This document shows positions 1-8,932 of a stretch of DNA of 64,000 nucleotides, in pieces (position 1 is the first letter of the stretch; the number at the start of each line of letters is the position of its first letter). The notes under the pieces were generated by a model that saw nothing but the letters and a program-made list of their open reading frames with translations, did not search any database and was not told the origin of the DNA. The translations under genes were made by a program, and so were the position numbers. The stretch comes from Escherichia phage FP43: sequence record MN648445, one strand, 5' to 3'.

Positions 1-2
1 CT

Positions 3-164
3 AATAAATTGATGGACCTTATCCGTGACTTGCGTGAAGCCGATACTGATTTAAATGATGTAGCTTATCACGCAGTAAATGATAGCGGAGACTTCTATGA
101 AAAGCAAGTTGATGCTCGTCAGAACGATTTGGTGAATTTTGTTGAAACTTTAATTGGTGAATAA
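3..164 (+). CDS. 3' end of a gene that begins upstream of the window (C-terminal ~53 codons); product unknown
   Basis: Open frame 3 from window edge to TAA at 162-164; next gene ATG at 166. Confidence 0.4.
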   Translation, partial: NKLMDLIRDLREADTDLNDVAYHAVNDSGDFYEKQVDARQNDLVNFVETLIGE

Positions 165-165
165 T

Positions 166-702
166 ATGAAAACTGTAATTGAAACAACTGAAATGTTCGG
201 TGACTTGACTATCGAAAAACTCGGTAATACCTATCTTTTCACTCAAGAAGATGATAGTATTACTATTCTTCCTATGGAACTGGAAGAGATTTTATCTTAT
301 GCTCCTTCAGGATTTAATAGCGTAACTAGTATTGGCAACGAGCTACAAGTTCATTTTTATCGCGGGGAACGTGGTGCTAATATCGAAACTGAAGATATGT
401 GTCTTTCTATTGATAATTGGAAAACATTCGTTGATAAGGTTAAAGAATTCTTGAATTCTGAAACACCTGAAACACCCGAAAAGGCTAAACTTCAATGGGG
501 TAAAGGACGTGGTGCTTTTATTATTAATCCGGTAGCTCTAAACTATACCACGACGTTGGATGTACGGAATTCTTATGAAGATGGTGATGTCGTAACTATT
601 CGTCAAATTGATGATTTACGTTCACATATTACTACGTTTACCAAAGACGAAGCTGTTGCTCTTAAAGCTTATCTTGATTCTGTTATCCCGACTTTGAAAT
701 AA
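166..702 (+). CDS. hypothetical protein
   Basis: ORF track 154..702; first ATG at 166 directly after upstream stop. Confidence 0.55.
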   Translation: MKTVIETTEMFGDLTIEKLGNTYLFTQEDDSITILPMELEEILSYAPSGFNSVTSIGNELQVHFYRGERGANIETEDMCLSIDNWKTFVDKVKEFLNSETPETPEKAKLQWGKGRGAFIINPVALNYTTTLDVRNSYEDGDVVTIRQIDDLRSHITTFTKDEAVALKAYLDSVIPTLK

Positions 703-711
703 GGAATTATT

Positions 712-1185
712 ATGATTATCAATGAAAACTCTTGGCACTTTAAAATTTATGCCGCGTTCAATAGTACATGGAATCGTCCGAAAACGTTGTGTGCTTATTT
801 TTGGAAAACGTTAATCCCGGTATTGGCTGTTTCAATTATTGGATTTGCGATTTTAGCAGCAGTCACAATCATTGGCCAGGAAATTTTAACTAAATTCTTT
901 GTTTTTAGCAGTCTATGGACATTAGTTCCAACCTCAATTGGTGTAGGCATTTTAATTGTAGCAGTCATGGCTTTTATTGCTACCGGGTTAGTAATTGGTC
1001 CGTCTTGGTTGTTAGACAAATATAACGACAGAAAATATTATAAAGAAATTGAGCTCATTGCGCAAAACCAAGAACGAATTAAAAATGGACTTGAGCCTAT
1101 TGAACGTAAGAAATCATTAATAGGTGAATACCTTAAAGCTCGTAAAGAAAAAGTCTGTCCTACTCTTGAATATAAGGCTAAATGA
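712..1185 (+). CDS. membrane protein (two hydrophobic helices, charged C-terminus)
   Basis: 157-aa ORF; RBS GGAA upstream; hydrophobic segments VLAVSIIGFAILAAV and LIVAVMAFIATGLVIG. Confidence 0.55.
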   Translation: MIINENSWHFKIYAAFNSTWNRPKTLCAYFWKTLIPVLAVSIIGFAILAAVTIIGQEILTKFFVFSSLWTLVPTSIGVGILIVAVMAFIATGLVIGPSWLLDKYNDRKYYKEIELIAQNQERIKNGLEPIERKKSLIGEYLKARKEKVCPTLEYKAK

Positions 1186-2171
1186 TGAAAACAATTATGA
1201 AAGGCTACTTTGGTAGCCACCTTTATGGAACGTCTACTCCTGAATCTGACGTCGATTTTAAAGAAATTTATGTCCCTCATGCTCGTGATATCTTGACCGG
1301 TAACGTTAAAGAACACATGAGCAAGAACACGAATAACACATCTTCTAAGAACACAAAGGACGACGTGGACCATGAGTTATATAGTCTCAAATATTTCTTT
1401 AAACTAGCTGCAGATGGTGAAACCGTCGCATTAGATATGCTTCACACTCCACAAAGTCTAGTAGTTAAATCTGATTTGCCTGATGTATGGAAGTATATTC
1501 AAGATAACAGGTCTCGTTTCTATACCACTAACATGAAATCTTATTTAGGGTATGTCCGTAAGCAAGCTTCTAAATACGGTGTCAAGGGTTCTCGACTGGC
1601 TGTTCTTCGTCAAGCCCTTAAACGTTCTAATGAATGGGGACAATACTTTGATAATGGTGCAGTAATTCGTTTATCACATATGAAGAATGTTCTGCCTGTG
1701 GGTGAATTTGCTTCATGGGTTGAAACCGAAAACGAGAAAACAGGTAAGCAAACATTCTATAATCTGTTAGACCGTAAATTCCAAGATACGTTAACCAATA
1801 AAGAGTTCAATGCCATCCTGGTTAAACTGGAAGAGAACTACGGTGAACGTGCTCGTAAGGCAGAAGCCAACGAAGGTATTGACTGGAAAGCATTGAGTCA
1901 TGCATGTCGTGGTGGACTTCAATTATTGGAAATTTACAAAACCGGCGACCTGGTTTACCCACTTCAGGATGCTCCATTTATTCTCGATGTTAAGCTTGGT
2001 AAACATACGTTTAAAACTGTACAAGAATTCCTAGAAGATATTGTTGACCAAGTTGAACATGCGTCAGAACAAGCTGCCAAGAATGGTATGCAACAAAAAG
2101 TAGATATGAGTTTCTGGGATGATTTCCTTGAGCAAGTCTATCTCGAAAATCATAATTCTTACTATAAATAA
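1182..2171 (+). CDS. Pol-beta-superfamily nucleotidyltransferase-like protein
   Basis: 329 aa; N-terminal GS-x10-DVD motif (YFGSHLYGTSTPESDVDF) plus downstream acidic ALDMLH; ATGA overlap with upstream gene. Confidence 0.5.
   Translation: MMKTIMKGYFGSHLYGTSTPESDVDFKEIYVPHARDILTGNVKEHMSKNTNNTSSKNTKDDVDHELYSLKYFFKLAADGETVALDMLHTPQSLVVKSDLPDVWKYIQDNRSRFYTTNMKSYLGYVRKQASKYGVKGSRLAVLRQALKRSNEWGQYFDNGAVIRLSHMKNVLPVGEFASWVETENEKTGKQTFYNLLDRKFQDTLTNKEFNAILVKLEENYGERARKAEANEGIDWKALSHACRGGLQLLEIYKTGDLVYPLQDAPFILDVKLGKHTFKTVQEFLEDIVDQVEHASEQAAKNGMQQKVDMSFWDDFLEQVYLENHNSYYK
2163..2170 (+). promoter_or_regulatory. T4 late-promoter motif
   Basis: Exact TATAAATA, 33 nt upstream of 2203 ATG. Confidence 0.4.
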
Positions 2172-2202
2172 GTAGATAAATAACCCTTAACTTGAGGTAA
2201 AT

Positions 2203-2463
2203 ATGAAAAAATTAGCAATTGGTTTATTCGCAGTAATGATGGCATTCTCTGTTGGTGCTACCACAGGAGCTGGTGGTGACCAGTCTTCTGGGCCTTCCAA
2301 TGGTTCGGTAAATGCATCACATTCTCAGGGTATTGAGAACATTAAATCAAGCTATATTAATAGCACAGCCGGACAAGCAACTGAAGCATGGTCAAAGGGT
2401 CGAGTAGTTACACGCTCCGTATTCTGTGATATGCCTAATTATGTTGCTAAGTGCGATAAGTAA
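2203..2463 (+). CDS. small secreted Gly/Ser/Thr-rich protein with N-terminal signal peptide
   Basis: 86 aa; MKKLAIGLFAVMMAFSVGA signal-like N-terminus; TATAAATA motif 33 nt upstream; TTCG-loop terminator downstream. Confidence 0.55.
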   Translation: MKKLAIGLFAVMMAFSVGATTGAGGDQSSGPSNGSVNASHSQGIENIKSSYINSTAGQATEAWSKGRVVTRSVFCDMPNYVAKCDK

Positions 2464-2466
2464 ATG

Positions 2467-2487
2467 TGGGGACCTTCGGGTCCCTTT
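2467..2487 (+). terminator. intrinsic terminator (TTCG tetraloop hairpin)
   Basis: GGGGACC TTCG GGTCCC then TTT. Confidence 0.6.
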
Positions 2488-2514
2488 AGGGGGTCAAAAT
2501 ATTTTTAAAAAGTA

Positions 2515-2543
2515 GTGTACATGCTTTTAGGATATGTTATTAT
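2515..2543 (+). promoter_or_regulatory. T4-early-type promoter
   Basis: -35 GTGTAC, 17-bp spacer, -10 TATTAT; followed by TATAGACCTATCAA. Confidence 0.5.
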
Positions 2544-2571
2544 AGACCTATCAAAACAAGAGGAGAATAAA

Positions 2572-3552
2572 ATGTTCAACGTTCAAATCAAAAAAGGTAT
2601 CTATCGTAATAACGAAATCTCTGGTTCTTATGTTGCCACAAAGACCTGGTTCCCGGCAAAGCTTAATCCTGAATGTTCCCACTTAGGTGATGGTAAAATT
2701 TTCGTTATGATTGATGGTTCTGAACGTGGAGTATGGGTCTTCAAATCAGACATCGTAATGGAAGGAGTTGAGACATCACCAGTTGCAGTTGTTGAAAGCA
2801 CTGAAGATATGAAAACTCGTATCAACAAACGCTTTAAAGTAATGAACATGATGACGAATGGCATTATCGATGGCAAAATTCGTTCACTCATTATTTCAGG
2901 TGCAGCTGGTATTGGTAAGACGTATTCTCTGGATAAAGCACTTAATAATGCTAATGATAATGGTTTCATCAAATACAAAAGCATTAATGGTAAAATCTCT
3001 GGTATTGGCCTTTACGAACAACTTTGGCTCAACCGTGATGCAGACAGCGTTCTCTTAATCGACGACGTTGACGTATTCTCAGATATGGACATCCTGAACC
3101 TTCTTAAAGCAGCATTAGATACCGGTGATAAACGCAAAGTTTGTTGGAGCACTGCATCATCTTATCTTGATGATAAGGGTATCGATAAAGAATTTGAGTT
3201 TGAAGGTACTATCGTTTTCATTACAAACGTTGATATCGATAAAGAGTTAGAACGTGGTTCGAAACTTGCTCCTCACCTTCAAGCTTTAGTATCTCGTTCA
3301 GTATATCTCGATCTTGGAGTACACTCTAATGAAGAGATTATGGTTCGAGTTGAAGATGTAATATTATCTACTGACATGATGCAGAAACGTGGCTTGACTG
3401 ATGCTGAAACGTATAAAGCATTGTCCTGGATGAAGGCTAATGTATCTCGTCTTCGCAATGTATCATTACGTACGGCTCTTTATGTAGCAGATTTTATTTC
3501 AACCGATAAAGATGGTTGGGAGGAAATCTCCGAAGTAACTTTACTGAAATAA
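2572..3552 (+). CDS. P-loop NTPase (AAA-like ATPase)
   Basis: Walker A GAAGIGKTY and Walker B LLIDDVD; start ATG 2572 after GAGGAG RBS and early promoter. Confidence 0.6.
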   Translation: MFNVQIKKGIYRNNEISGSYVATKTWFPAKLNPECSHLGDGKIFVMIDGSERGVWVFKSDIVMEGVETSPVAVVESTEDMKTRINKRFKVMNMMTNGIIDGKIRSLIISGAAGIGKTYSLDKALNNANDNGFIKYKSINGKISGIGLYEQLWLNRDADSVLLIDDVDVFSDMDILNLLKAALDTGDKRKVCWSTASSYLDDKGIDKEFEFEGTIVFITNVDIDKELERGSKLAPHLQALVSRSVYLDLGVHSNEEIMVRVEDVILSTDMMQKRGLTDAETYKALSWMKANVSRLRNVSLRTALYVADFISTDKDGWEEISEVTLLK

Positions 3553-3690
3553 GCTTATAGGAAGTCCTGAGGTAACAAAAGCCATAAAGATGAATAATCA
3601 TATGGCTTACCTCAAAGAAGGACACCAGGAACTTACTGAGGGCATAGAAATATTTAAAAATAATGATGTACAAATCAAAGAGGATATGTT

Positions 3691-3978
3691 ATGGATTTTA
3701 TGCAAAAAATTAAAGCCGCAGTCGAACTCTATGCTCATCGTATGGTTAGTTCTACAATGCAATATAGCGAGGAGGTTCGCCAGGACTCTTCCTTGAAAGG
3801 AAAAACTAAAGCCTTAATTACCTTAGATCGTTTGCAAAAGAATGCCATAGAGATGCTCCAGTACGACAAGGGTGTATATAAGAAAGAACAGGAAGAGAAA
3901 CTTAAATCTGAAAAATTACAAAAAATCCCGAAGTCTGTTTGGTTCAGTGGAAAAAATACCGAAAAAAGTTTCTTTTAG
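3691..3978 (+). CDS. hypothetical protein
   Basis: 95-aa ORF with GAGGA RBS; overlaps alternative ORF 3590..3796. Confidence 0.35.
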   Translation: MDFMQKIKAAVELYAHRMVSSTMQYSEEVRQDSSLKGKTKALITLDRLQKNAIEMLQYDKGVYKKEQEEKLKSEKLQKIPKSVWFSGKNTEKSFF

Positions 3979-3980
3979 TT

Positions 3981-4009
3981 GTTTACAAGGTCTATGGTTG
4001 TGTTATTAT
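3981..4009 (+). promoter_or_regulatory. T4-early-type promoter
   Basis: -35 GTTTAC, 17 bp, -10 TATTAT (TGT extended); IR AGGTCTAT/ATAGACCT brackets the -10. Confidence 0.55.
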
Positions 4010-4036
4010 AGACCTATCAACTACTGGAGGTAAAAC

Positions 4037-4564
4037 ATGAACGCTAAAGATATTTTCAACCTGGTAAATTATAACGACGGTAAATTTAAATCTGAAGCAC
4101 AAAGCAAGTTCTTTAATGACGTTGCTTATGGTAATGAGATTACCGTGGACGGAGGTCAGATTTTCAAATCTCGCTGGAATTGGATTGTTATCATAGATTC
4201 AGTTGGAATTGTGGAAGTCTACAAAAACACTAACAAAAAACGTACATTATTCTGGTCTCGTGAAACTAACGAACAGTACAAAAAGGATAAAGCATCTCGT
4301 TTATCCAAAGTAACCCAGGAAGATATCGAGTTTATCAAGAAAAATATCGAGATGTACGAAAATTTAATCGCTGAAGACCAGGCAGTACTCGATAAGTTTG
4401 ATGAAATTAAAGCTTCTCGTGAAATCCCTGACTTCATGAAAGAAACAGTAAACGAACGATACGCTCTCACTTCAGAACGTATTGCAAACTATACAAAACA
4501 GAAAGCAGAACGTATTAGTACTCTTCGGAAATTTGAAGAACGTTTAAAGACGGTTCACGCATAA
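4037..4564 (+). CDS. hypothetical protein
   Basis: 175-aa ORF; early promoter and GGAGG RBS upstream. Confidence 0.55.
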   Translation: MNAKDIFNLVNYNDGKFKSEAQSKFFNDVAYGNEITVDGGQIFKSRWNWIVIIDSVGIVEVYKNTNKKRTLFWSRETNEQYKKDKASRLSKVTQEDIEFIKKNIEMYENLIAEDQAVLDKFDEIKASREIPDFMKETVNERYALTSERIANYTKQKAERISTLRKFEERLKTVHA

Positions 4565-4591
4565 ACGCTTTACCCAAGGACGGGTTATAAT
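4563..4591 (+). promoter_or_regulatory. middle-promoter-like element (MotA-box-like + -10)
   Basis: AAACGCTTTA then 13 nt then TATAAT; upstream of 4627 gene. Confidence 0.4.
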
Positions 4592-4626
4592 GGTTTTGAG
4601 TTCCAATTCAATCTGAGGAAATAGTT

Positions 4627-5622
4627 ATGAGCATTACATCTGATGCGGTAAAACATGAAATTAACGGTTTATGTGCTTCACAGATTAAAGTGTGGTTTAA
4701 AGACCATAACGATCGCAGAGCACTTAATTATGAGCAAATTGCTATCCAAGTTCATCAATTACTGACTAGTAAATTTGATTTTCATATGCCGTCTGAAATC
4801 TATACTAATCTGCCGCGAGCACTTATTAAAGCGTGTAAAGGTTATGGAAAATCAATGGCTGATGGAATCTTCAGCGCGCTGAATAAACTTAACGTTCTGT
4901 CGATGATTAACTCTAACAATATCCTGCGTAATCTAGGACGTACTGATTTGTTCGGTCGTGAACAGTGTAAAATGCCTTTGAAATGGATTGTTGCTCATCT
5001 TAACGAGAACCAAACACGTTTTATGGCCGTAACAGCACGTTTACAAATGGGCCTAGATCGTCAGATGAACTTTAAAACTCATCCACGTTATTCAGGTTCA
5101 ACAGACTTTTATAAATGTGAGCTTCAAAAGGTTGGTGGTAAAACTGTCTTAGTAGTTCGTGTAACGTTTGAAGGACGACGTCAAGGATATTTTGACATAA
5201 TCGGCTCTGGTCTTAAACATTGTGGATTTATCGACGAAGTTGATATCAAGCGAGACGGCATTGGATACCGTATTGGGTATGTTTGTACTCTTAAAGAAGA
5301 GATTTCAGGACCAGCTCCAGGTCTAAAAGACGTTAGATATAAAGACGAGCTCGTTGAAGAAATAAAAGAAGTTGAATATGATATCAACCAAGAAGATGCT
5401 CTTAAAGACCTTATTGATGAACTGAACCAAGATGTTATTCCTGTTCAGAAATTTGAATCAAAACATGCTGAGCAAATCAAATACTTTGAAGCTTTGATTA
5501 ACGAACTTAATGTAACTATTCAACAGACTGACGATGAAATCTCACGATTAGCAGGCTTAAACGGTAAAAATAAAACAGAACGAGCTAATCTTATTCAAGT
5601 AGTAAAACTTCTTAAGGAATGA
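4627..5622 (+). CDS. hypothetical protein with C-terminal coiled-coil
   Basis: 331 aa; heptad-like charged C-terminus; MotA-box-like promoter upstream. Confidence 0.55.
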   Translation: MSITSDAVKHEINGLCASQIKVWFKDHNDRRALNYEQIAIQVHQLLTSKFDFHMPSEIYTNLPRALIKACKGYGKSMADGIFSALNKLNVLSMINSNNILRNLGRTDLFGREQCKMPLKWIVAHLNENQTRFMAVTARLQMGLDRQMNFKTHPRYSGSTDFYKCELQKVGGKTVLVVRVTFEGRRQGYFDIIGSGLKHCGFIDEVDIKRDGIGYRIGYVCTLKEEISGPAPGLKDVRYKDELVEEIKEVEYDINQEDALKDLIDELNQDVIPVQKFESKHAEQIKYFEALINELNVTIQQTDDEISRLAGLNGKNKTERANLIQVVKLLKE

Positions 5623-5651
5623 TGTACAACCAAGGATGGTTGGAGTATAAT
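5623..5651 (+). promoter_or_regulatory. T4-early-type promoter (CCAAGGATGGTTGG family)
   Basis: TGTACA ... CCAAGGATGGTTGGAG TATAAT. Confidence 0.5.
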
Positions 5652-5677
5652 AAATTTTTCAACATGAGGAATATAAA

Positions 5678-6637
5678 ATGGCTTTTATTACACGTAGAGA
5701 ACTTATCAAAGAATTTACCTCGAACGCATATACTCCAGGACCTAATCCTATCCGTATGCCTGTAAAGACTCCTGAAGAGATTGAGGAAATCTGTTCATAT
5801 TATGGGATTACTTCTCGTATGTTTACCCAATTTGAATGCGTTACTAACACACCCGTTAAAGAGTTCATTAAAAATGGTGAGTTCAGCCGTTTATTGGCCA
5901 AACAGAAACTTCGTAATTTTTGTATTGGCGGTGAAGGTCAATATTTCGCTAAGCAGTTCCGGAATAACCTTAACAATCTGATGGCCATTGCTTCTCGTAT
6001 TCGTCCTCAAGCAATTAACATGAAACATTTGAAATATACTTACGATAAGTTAGAAATCATGGTTATCAGTGAGAACGAGTTCACTCTTACGTATAAACCT
6101 AAGAATGATAACGTTGCTCGTGTATTCCACCAAGCGTTGGAAGTTTTAGGTGATAATATCCACCAGATTAAAGCAATTTATTCTCGTGAGCTTAATATTA
6201 TCGACCCTATCAAGAATAAGGGCCATATCGCTATCCAGGCTCGTGTATCTATTAGTAAAAAGGTTCCTGCACCATGGTGGCACAAAGACTCTGAATATTA
6301 TCAAAATCTTAAAAAGGAAAATGCATTGTTTGAAGGCAATATTACAGCAACACCAGTCGGTAATGCAGAGGTTCTAGGCGCATATTCTCCAGCACAATCT
6401 GGTATGTTTAAAGGTTTGCCAAATGTGTGCAAACTGTCGACAGTAAAACTAAACGTTTCTAATGACCTTCTTCCTGCCGAAGACTACCATTATAATCAAA
6501 TCAAGGCCACTGTAGACCAACTATCCGTTGAACTTGATAAAGCACAAGCTAAGCTTCGTGATGCTCAACAGGTGGTGACCAATCTCCAGTTGCAGTACTC
6601 TAAACTTTTTAACGCAATGAATGCATTAAAATCATAA
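5678..6637 (+). CDS. hypothetical protein with C-terminal coiled-coil
   Basis: 319 aa; own promoter (TGTACAACCAAGGATGGTTGGAGTATAAT) and RBS. Confidence 0.55.
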   Translation: MAFITRRELIKEFTSNAYTPGPNPIRMPVKTPEEIEEICSYYGITSRMFTQFECVTNTPVKEFIKNGEFSRLLAKQKLRNFCIGGEGQYFAKQFRNNLNNLMAIASRIRPQAINMKHLKYTYDKLEIMVISENEFTLTYKPKNDNVARVFHQALEVLGDNIHQIKAIYSRELNIIDPIKNKGHIAIQARVSISKKVPAPWWHKDSEYYQNLKKENALFEGNITATPVGNAEVLGAYSPAQSGMFKGLPNVCKLSTVKLNVSNDLLPAEDYHYNQIKATVDQLSVELDKAQAKLRDAQQVVTNLQLQYSKLFNAMNALKS

Positions 6638-6641
6638 ATCA

Positions 6642-6671
6642 GTTTACAACCAAGGATGGTTGGAGTATAAT
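6642..6671 (+). promoter_or_regulatory. T4-early-type promoter (CCAAGGATGGTTGG family)
   Basis: GTTTACAACCAAGGATGGTTGGAGTATAAT. Confidence 0.55.
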
Positions 6672-6699
6672 GAACCTATCTTAACGAGAGGAAAATATT

Positions 6700-7647
6700 A
6701 TGACACGTTCACATTACATTGAATACTTTGCCGGTCTTATCGCTAACGCTCACGCTCAACGTGCTATTGGTGCTTGGACTGATGTTCCACATAAAGGTGT
6801 GGTTTATAGTATTCTTCGTGATTTTCTTACATACACAGGCCAAGAAAATCATATCTGTAAAGATACTCAGAATGCGTATTCTCATTCATTAGGGACCCTG
6901 CTTCAATGGTTCAAACGTTCTCGTTTATTATCTTCTACTGTAGCTCGTGATAACATCAAAAACTTTATGAAGCCGAGCTTTATTAAATCTGTGACATCTA
7001 AAACCGATTTGGTTGAATTCACTATTGTTAATGATGTTAAAAAGACTCATTTGGCTGATTGGTTATCTACCATTCCTGAAACTAAATTTGCTGATAAATT
7101 TGCTTATGAATTCAATAACCAAGTGAATATGCTTTTTAAACATTCTCGTAAATTATTCACGGGCGGTGATGGTCGTACAAATAAAGTTCATGTTAAAGAT
7201 TGGGTTACTGCAGTATTCAAACCAACAGGTAATGGTAACGCATCATTGTCAATTGATATCCAGGTTCCTTATTACTACTCACGTAATCTCGGTACCATGA
7301 AAGCCGAAGAAATTAATAAGCACAACAAAACTATTCGTTCGTTGTCTTATAAACTTATTACATTGTTAGAGACTATGGATGTTGTTGAAACGTTCGACGA
7401 ATCCGAAGATAACGGTTCAATGTTATACAGTTCTCGCACCCGAATTAAGCTGAAGAACCCTAACGAGTATAAACTTAAGACTATTAAAGAACCTAAAGTA
7501 GAAAAAGTTGACAACTTGAGCGAAGAACGTGAATATCTCAAATCTCGTCTGAAAGAAGTCGAAGCCCAGATTAAAGAACAGACTAAATCGTTAAAAGCTC
7601 TGAATGCGAAAGCGGACGGTTTACGAAATGCCATTGAGGTGTTATAA
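6700..7647 (+). CDS. hypothetical protein with C-terminal coiled-coil
   Basis: 315 aa; same promoter type as 5678 gene; RBS GAGAGG. Confidence 0.55.
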   Translation: MTRSHYIEYFAGLIANAHAQRAIGAWTDVPHKGVVYSILRDFLTYTGQENHICKDTQNAYSHSLGTLLQWFKRSRLLSSTVARDNIKNFMKPSFIKSVTSKTDLVEFTIVNDVKKTHLADWLSTIPETKFADKFAYEFNNQVNMLFKHSRKLFTGGDGRTNKVHVKDWVTAVFKPTGNGNASLSIDIQVPYYYSRNLGTMKAEEINKHNKTIRSLSYKLITLLETMDVVETFDESEDNGSMLYSSRTRIKLKNPNEYKLKTIKEPKVEKVDNLSEEREYLKSRLKEVEAQIKEQTKSLKALNAKADGLRNAIEVL

Positions 7648-7952
7648 TGAACCTACGTCTTCTAGAGGATATTGATATGAGCACTAATCATGGCTTAGTT
7701 AAGTTTATTGATGATAGTTCAAAGATTGAATTTGTCCAGCGAGATAAAATTCATGGTGAAGAAGAGTTCGTTCCTCCAGCATGGAACGAAATAATGAAAA
7801 TGGTTGAACGACGTGAAAATGCTGCCAAATCGGCAGCAAAACATCCGTGTCCGGAATGTGGAACTATCCAAGTCCAACTGGTTAACTGGACCAGTGATAA
7901 CTTGAAATTGAAATGCCGTAAATGCTTCCACAAATTTGAGAGAACATTATAA
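7647..7952 (+). CDS. zinc-ribbon protein
   Basis: 101 aa; CPEC...CRKC cysteine pairs; TAATG overlap with upstream gene. Confidence 0.5.
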   Translation: MNLRLLEDIDMSTNHGLVKFIDDSSKIEFVQRDKIHGEEEFVPPAWNEIMKMVERRENAAKSAAKHPCPECGTIQVQLVNWTSDNLKLKCRKCFHKFERTL

Positions 7953-8365
7953 TGAGATATAGCCTTCGTTGTTTTATTGCAGCTTTAGTTTTTGCCATTA
8001 TTCCATTCATTTGGAACAGCCAGAATACTTACATGGAAACTAAAGTAATTCCTGTGGAGGTAGTGGAATTAATCTCAGGCCAATCTACAGGAAAATATTC
8101 TAAATTAGAATTTATTGCAGTCTATAAAGACGAGCAAGGACGAGTTTTTGACAGACGTGTATCACCGTCGTTTTATACGCTTCTGAATAAAGGTGATACG
8201 ATAGCTATAGAAATTCGTGAGATGGATATCAAACAAACTACTAAAGATAACTTGATTTGGTTCTTTGGTACAGTGTTGTTGGTTTCTATCTGTATCACAG
8301 GTTTTATTACATGTATTGTATTTGGCATTGCATATTTAATCGATGAAAGGAAAAATAATGTTTAA
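7952..8365 (+). CDS. membrane protein
   Basis: 137 aa; hydrophobic N- and C-terminal helices. Confidence 0.5.
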   Translation: MRYSLRCFIAALVFAIIPFIWNSQNTYMETKVIPVEVVELISGQSTGKYSKLEFIAVYKDEQGRVFDRRVSPSFYTLLNKGDTIAIEIREMDIKQTTKDNLIWFFGTVLLVSICITGFITCIVFGIAYLIDERKNNV

Positions 8366-8621
8366 AGTGTACGGGTATGACTCTACTATTCATAAATGCA
8401 TTTATTGTGATAATGCGAAACGATTGCTGACTGTTAAGAAACAGCCGTTCGAATTCATTAATGTTATGCCAGAAAAAGGTGTTTTTGATGATGAGAAAAT
8501 TGCTGAGCTTCTGGTTAAGCTTGGACGTGAATCACAAGTTGGATTGACTATGCCTCAAGTATTTGCTCCTGATGGAAGTCACATTGGTGGATTTGACCAA
8601 CTGCGAGAATATTTTAAATGA
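8358..8621 (+). CDS. nrdC: glutaredoxin/thioredoxin (NrdC-like)
   Basis: MFKVYGYDSTIHKCIYCDNAKRLL matches T4 NrdC fold and CxxC motif; syntenic position upstream of gene 49. Confidence 0.8.
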   Translation: MFKVYGYDSTIHKCIYCDNAKRLLTVKKQPFEFINVMPEKGVFDDEKIAELLVKLGRESQVGLTMPQVFAPDGSHIGGFDQLREYFK

Positions 8622-8914
8622 GTATTGATTTAACTTTCCCTGGCCCTTATGACCAGGGTGAATTAGAAGCTTTATTATATCAAGAAATGTGCTCTCGTGC
8701 CAAGAACGATATTCAGTATGCTATCGATAATCCATGGGGCGAATTTCGAGTAATGATGGGTAATCGAATCATCGGTGTCCAATGGCGATTCGTTGGCCTT
8801 GAGCCTGAGGACTATGAAGAAAACGAGCACGGTGACTGGATTCCTGTTGGTGAATATCACTGGGAATACGGTGGTCCTGATTTTGAAGTCTCTTGTTCAT
8901 GGGTAGAACAATAA
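8618..8914 (+). CDS. hypothetical protein
   Basis: 98-aa ORF, ATGA overlap with nrdC. Confidence 0.5.
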   Translation: MSIDLTFPGPYDQGELEALLYQEMCSRAKNDIQYAIDNPWGEFRVMMGNRIIGVQWRFVGLEPEDYEENEHGDWIPVGEYHWEYGGPDFEVSCSWVEQ

Positions 8915-8932
8915 CCTGCGAGAAAATTTTAA

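Noticed and set aside
3590-3796. Alternative 68-aa ORF overlapping the 3691..3978 gene
   Set aside because: No clear RBS; the overlapping 3691 ORF has a GAGGA RBS and fits the gene spacing better. Either could be real; only one was annotated.
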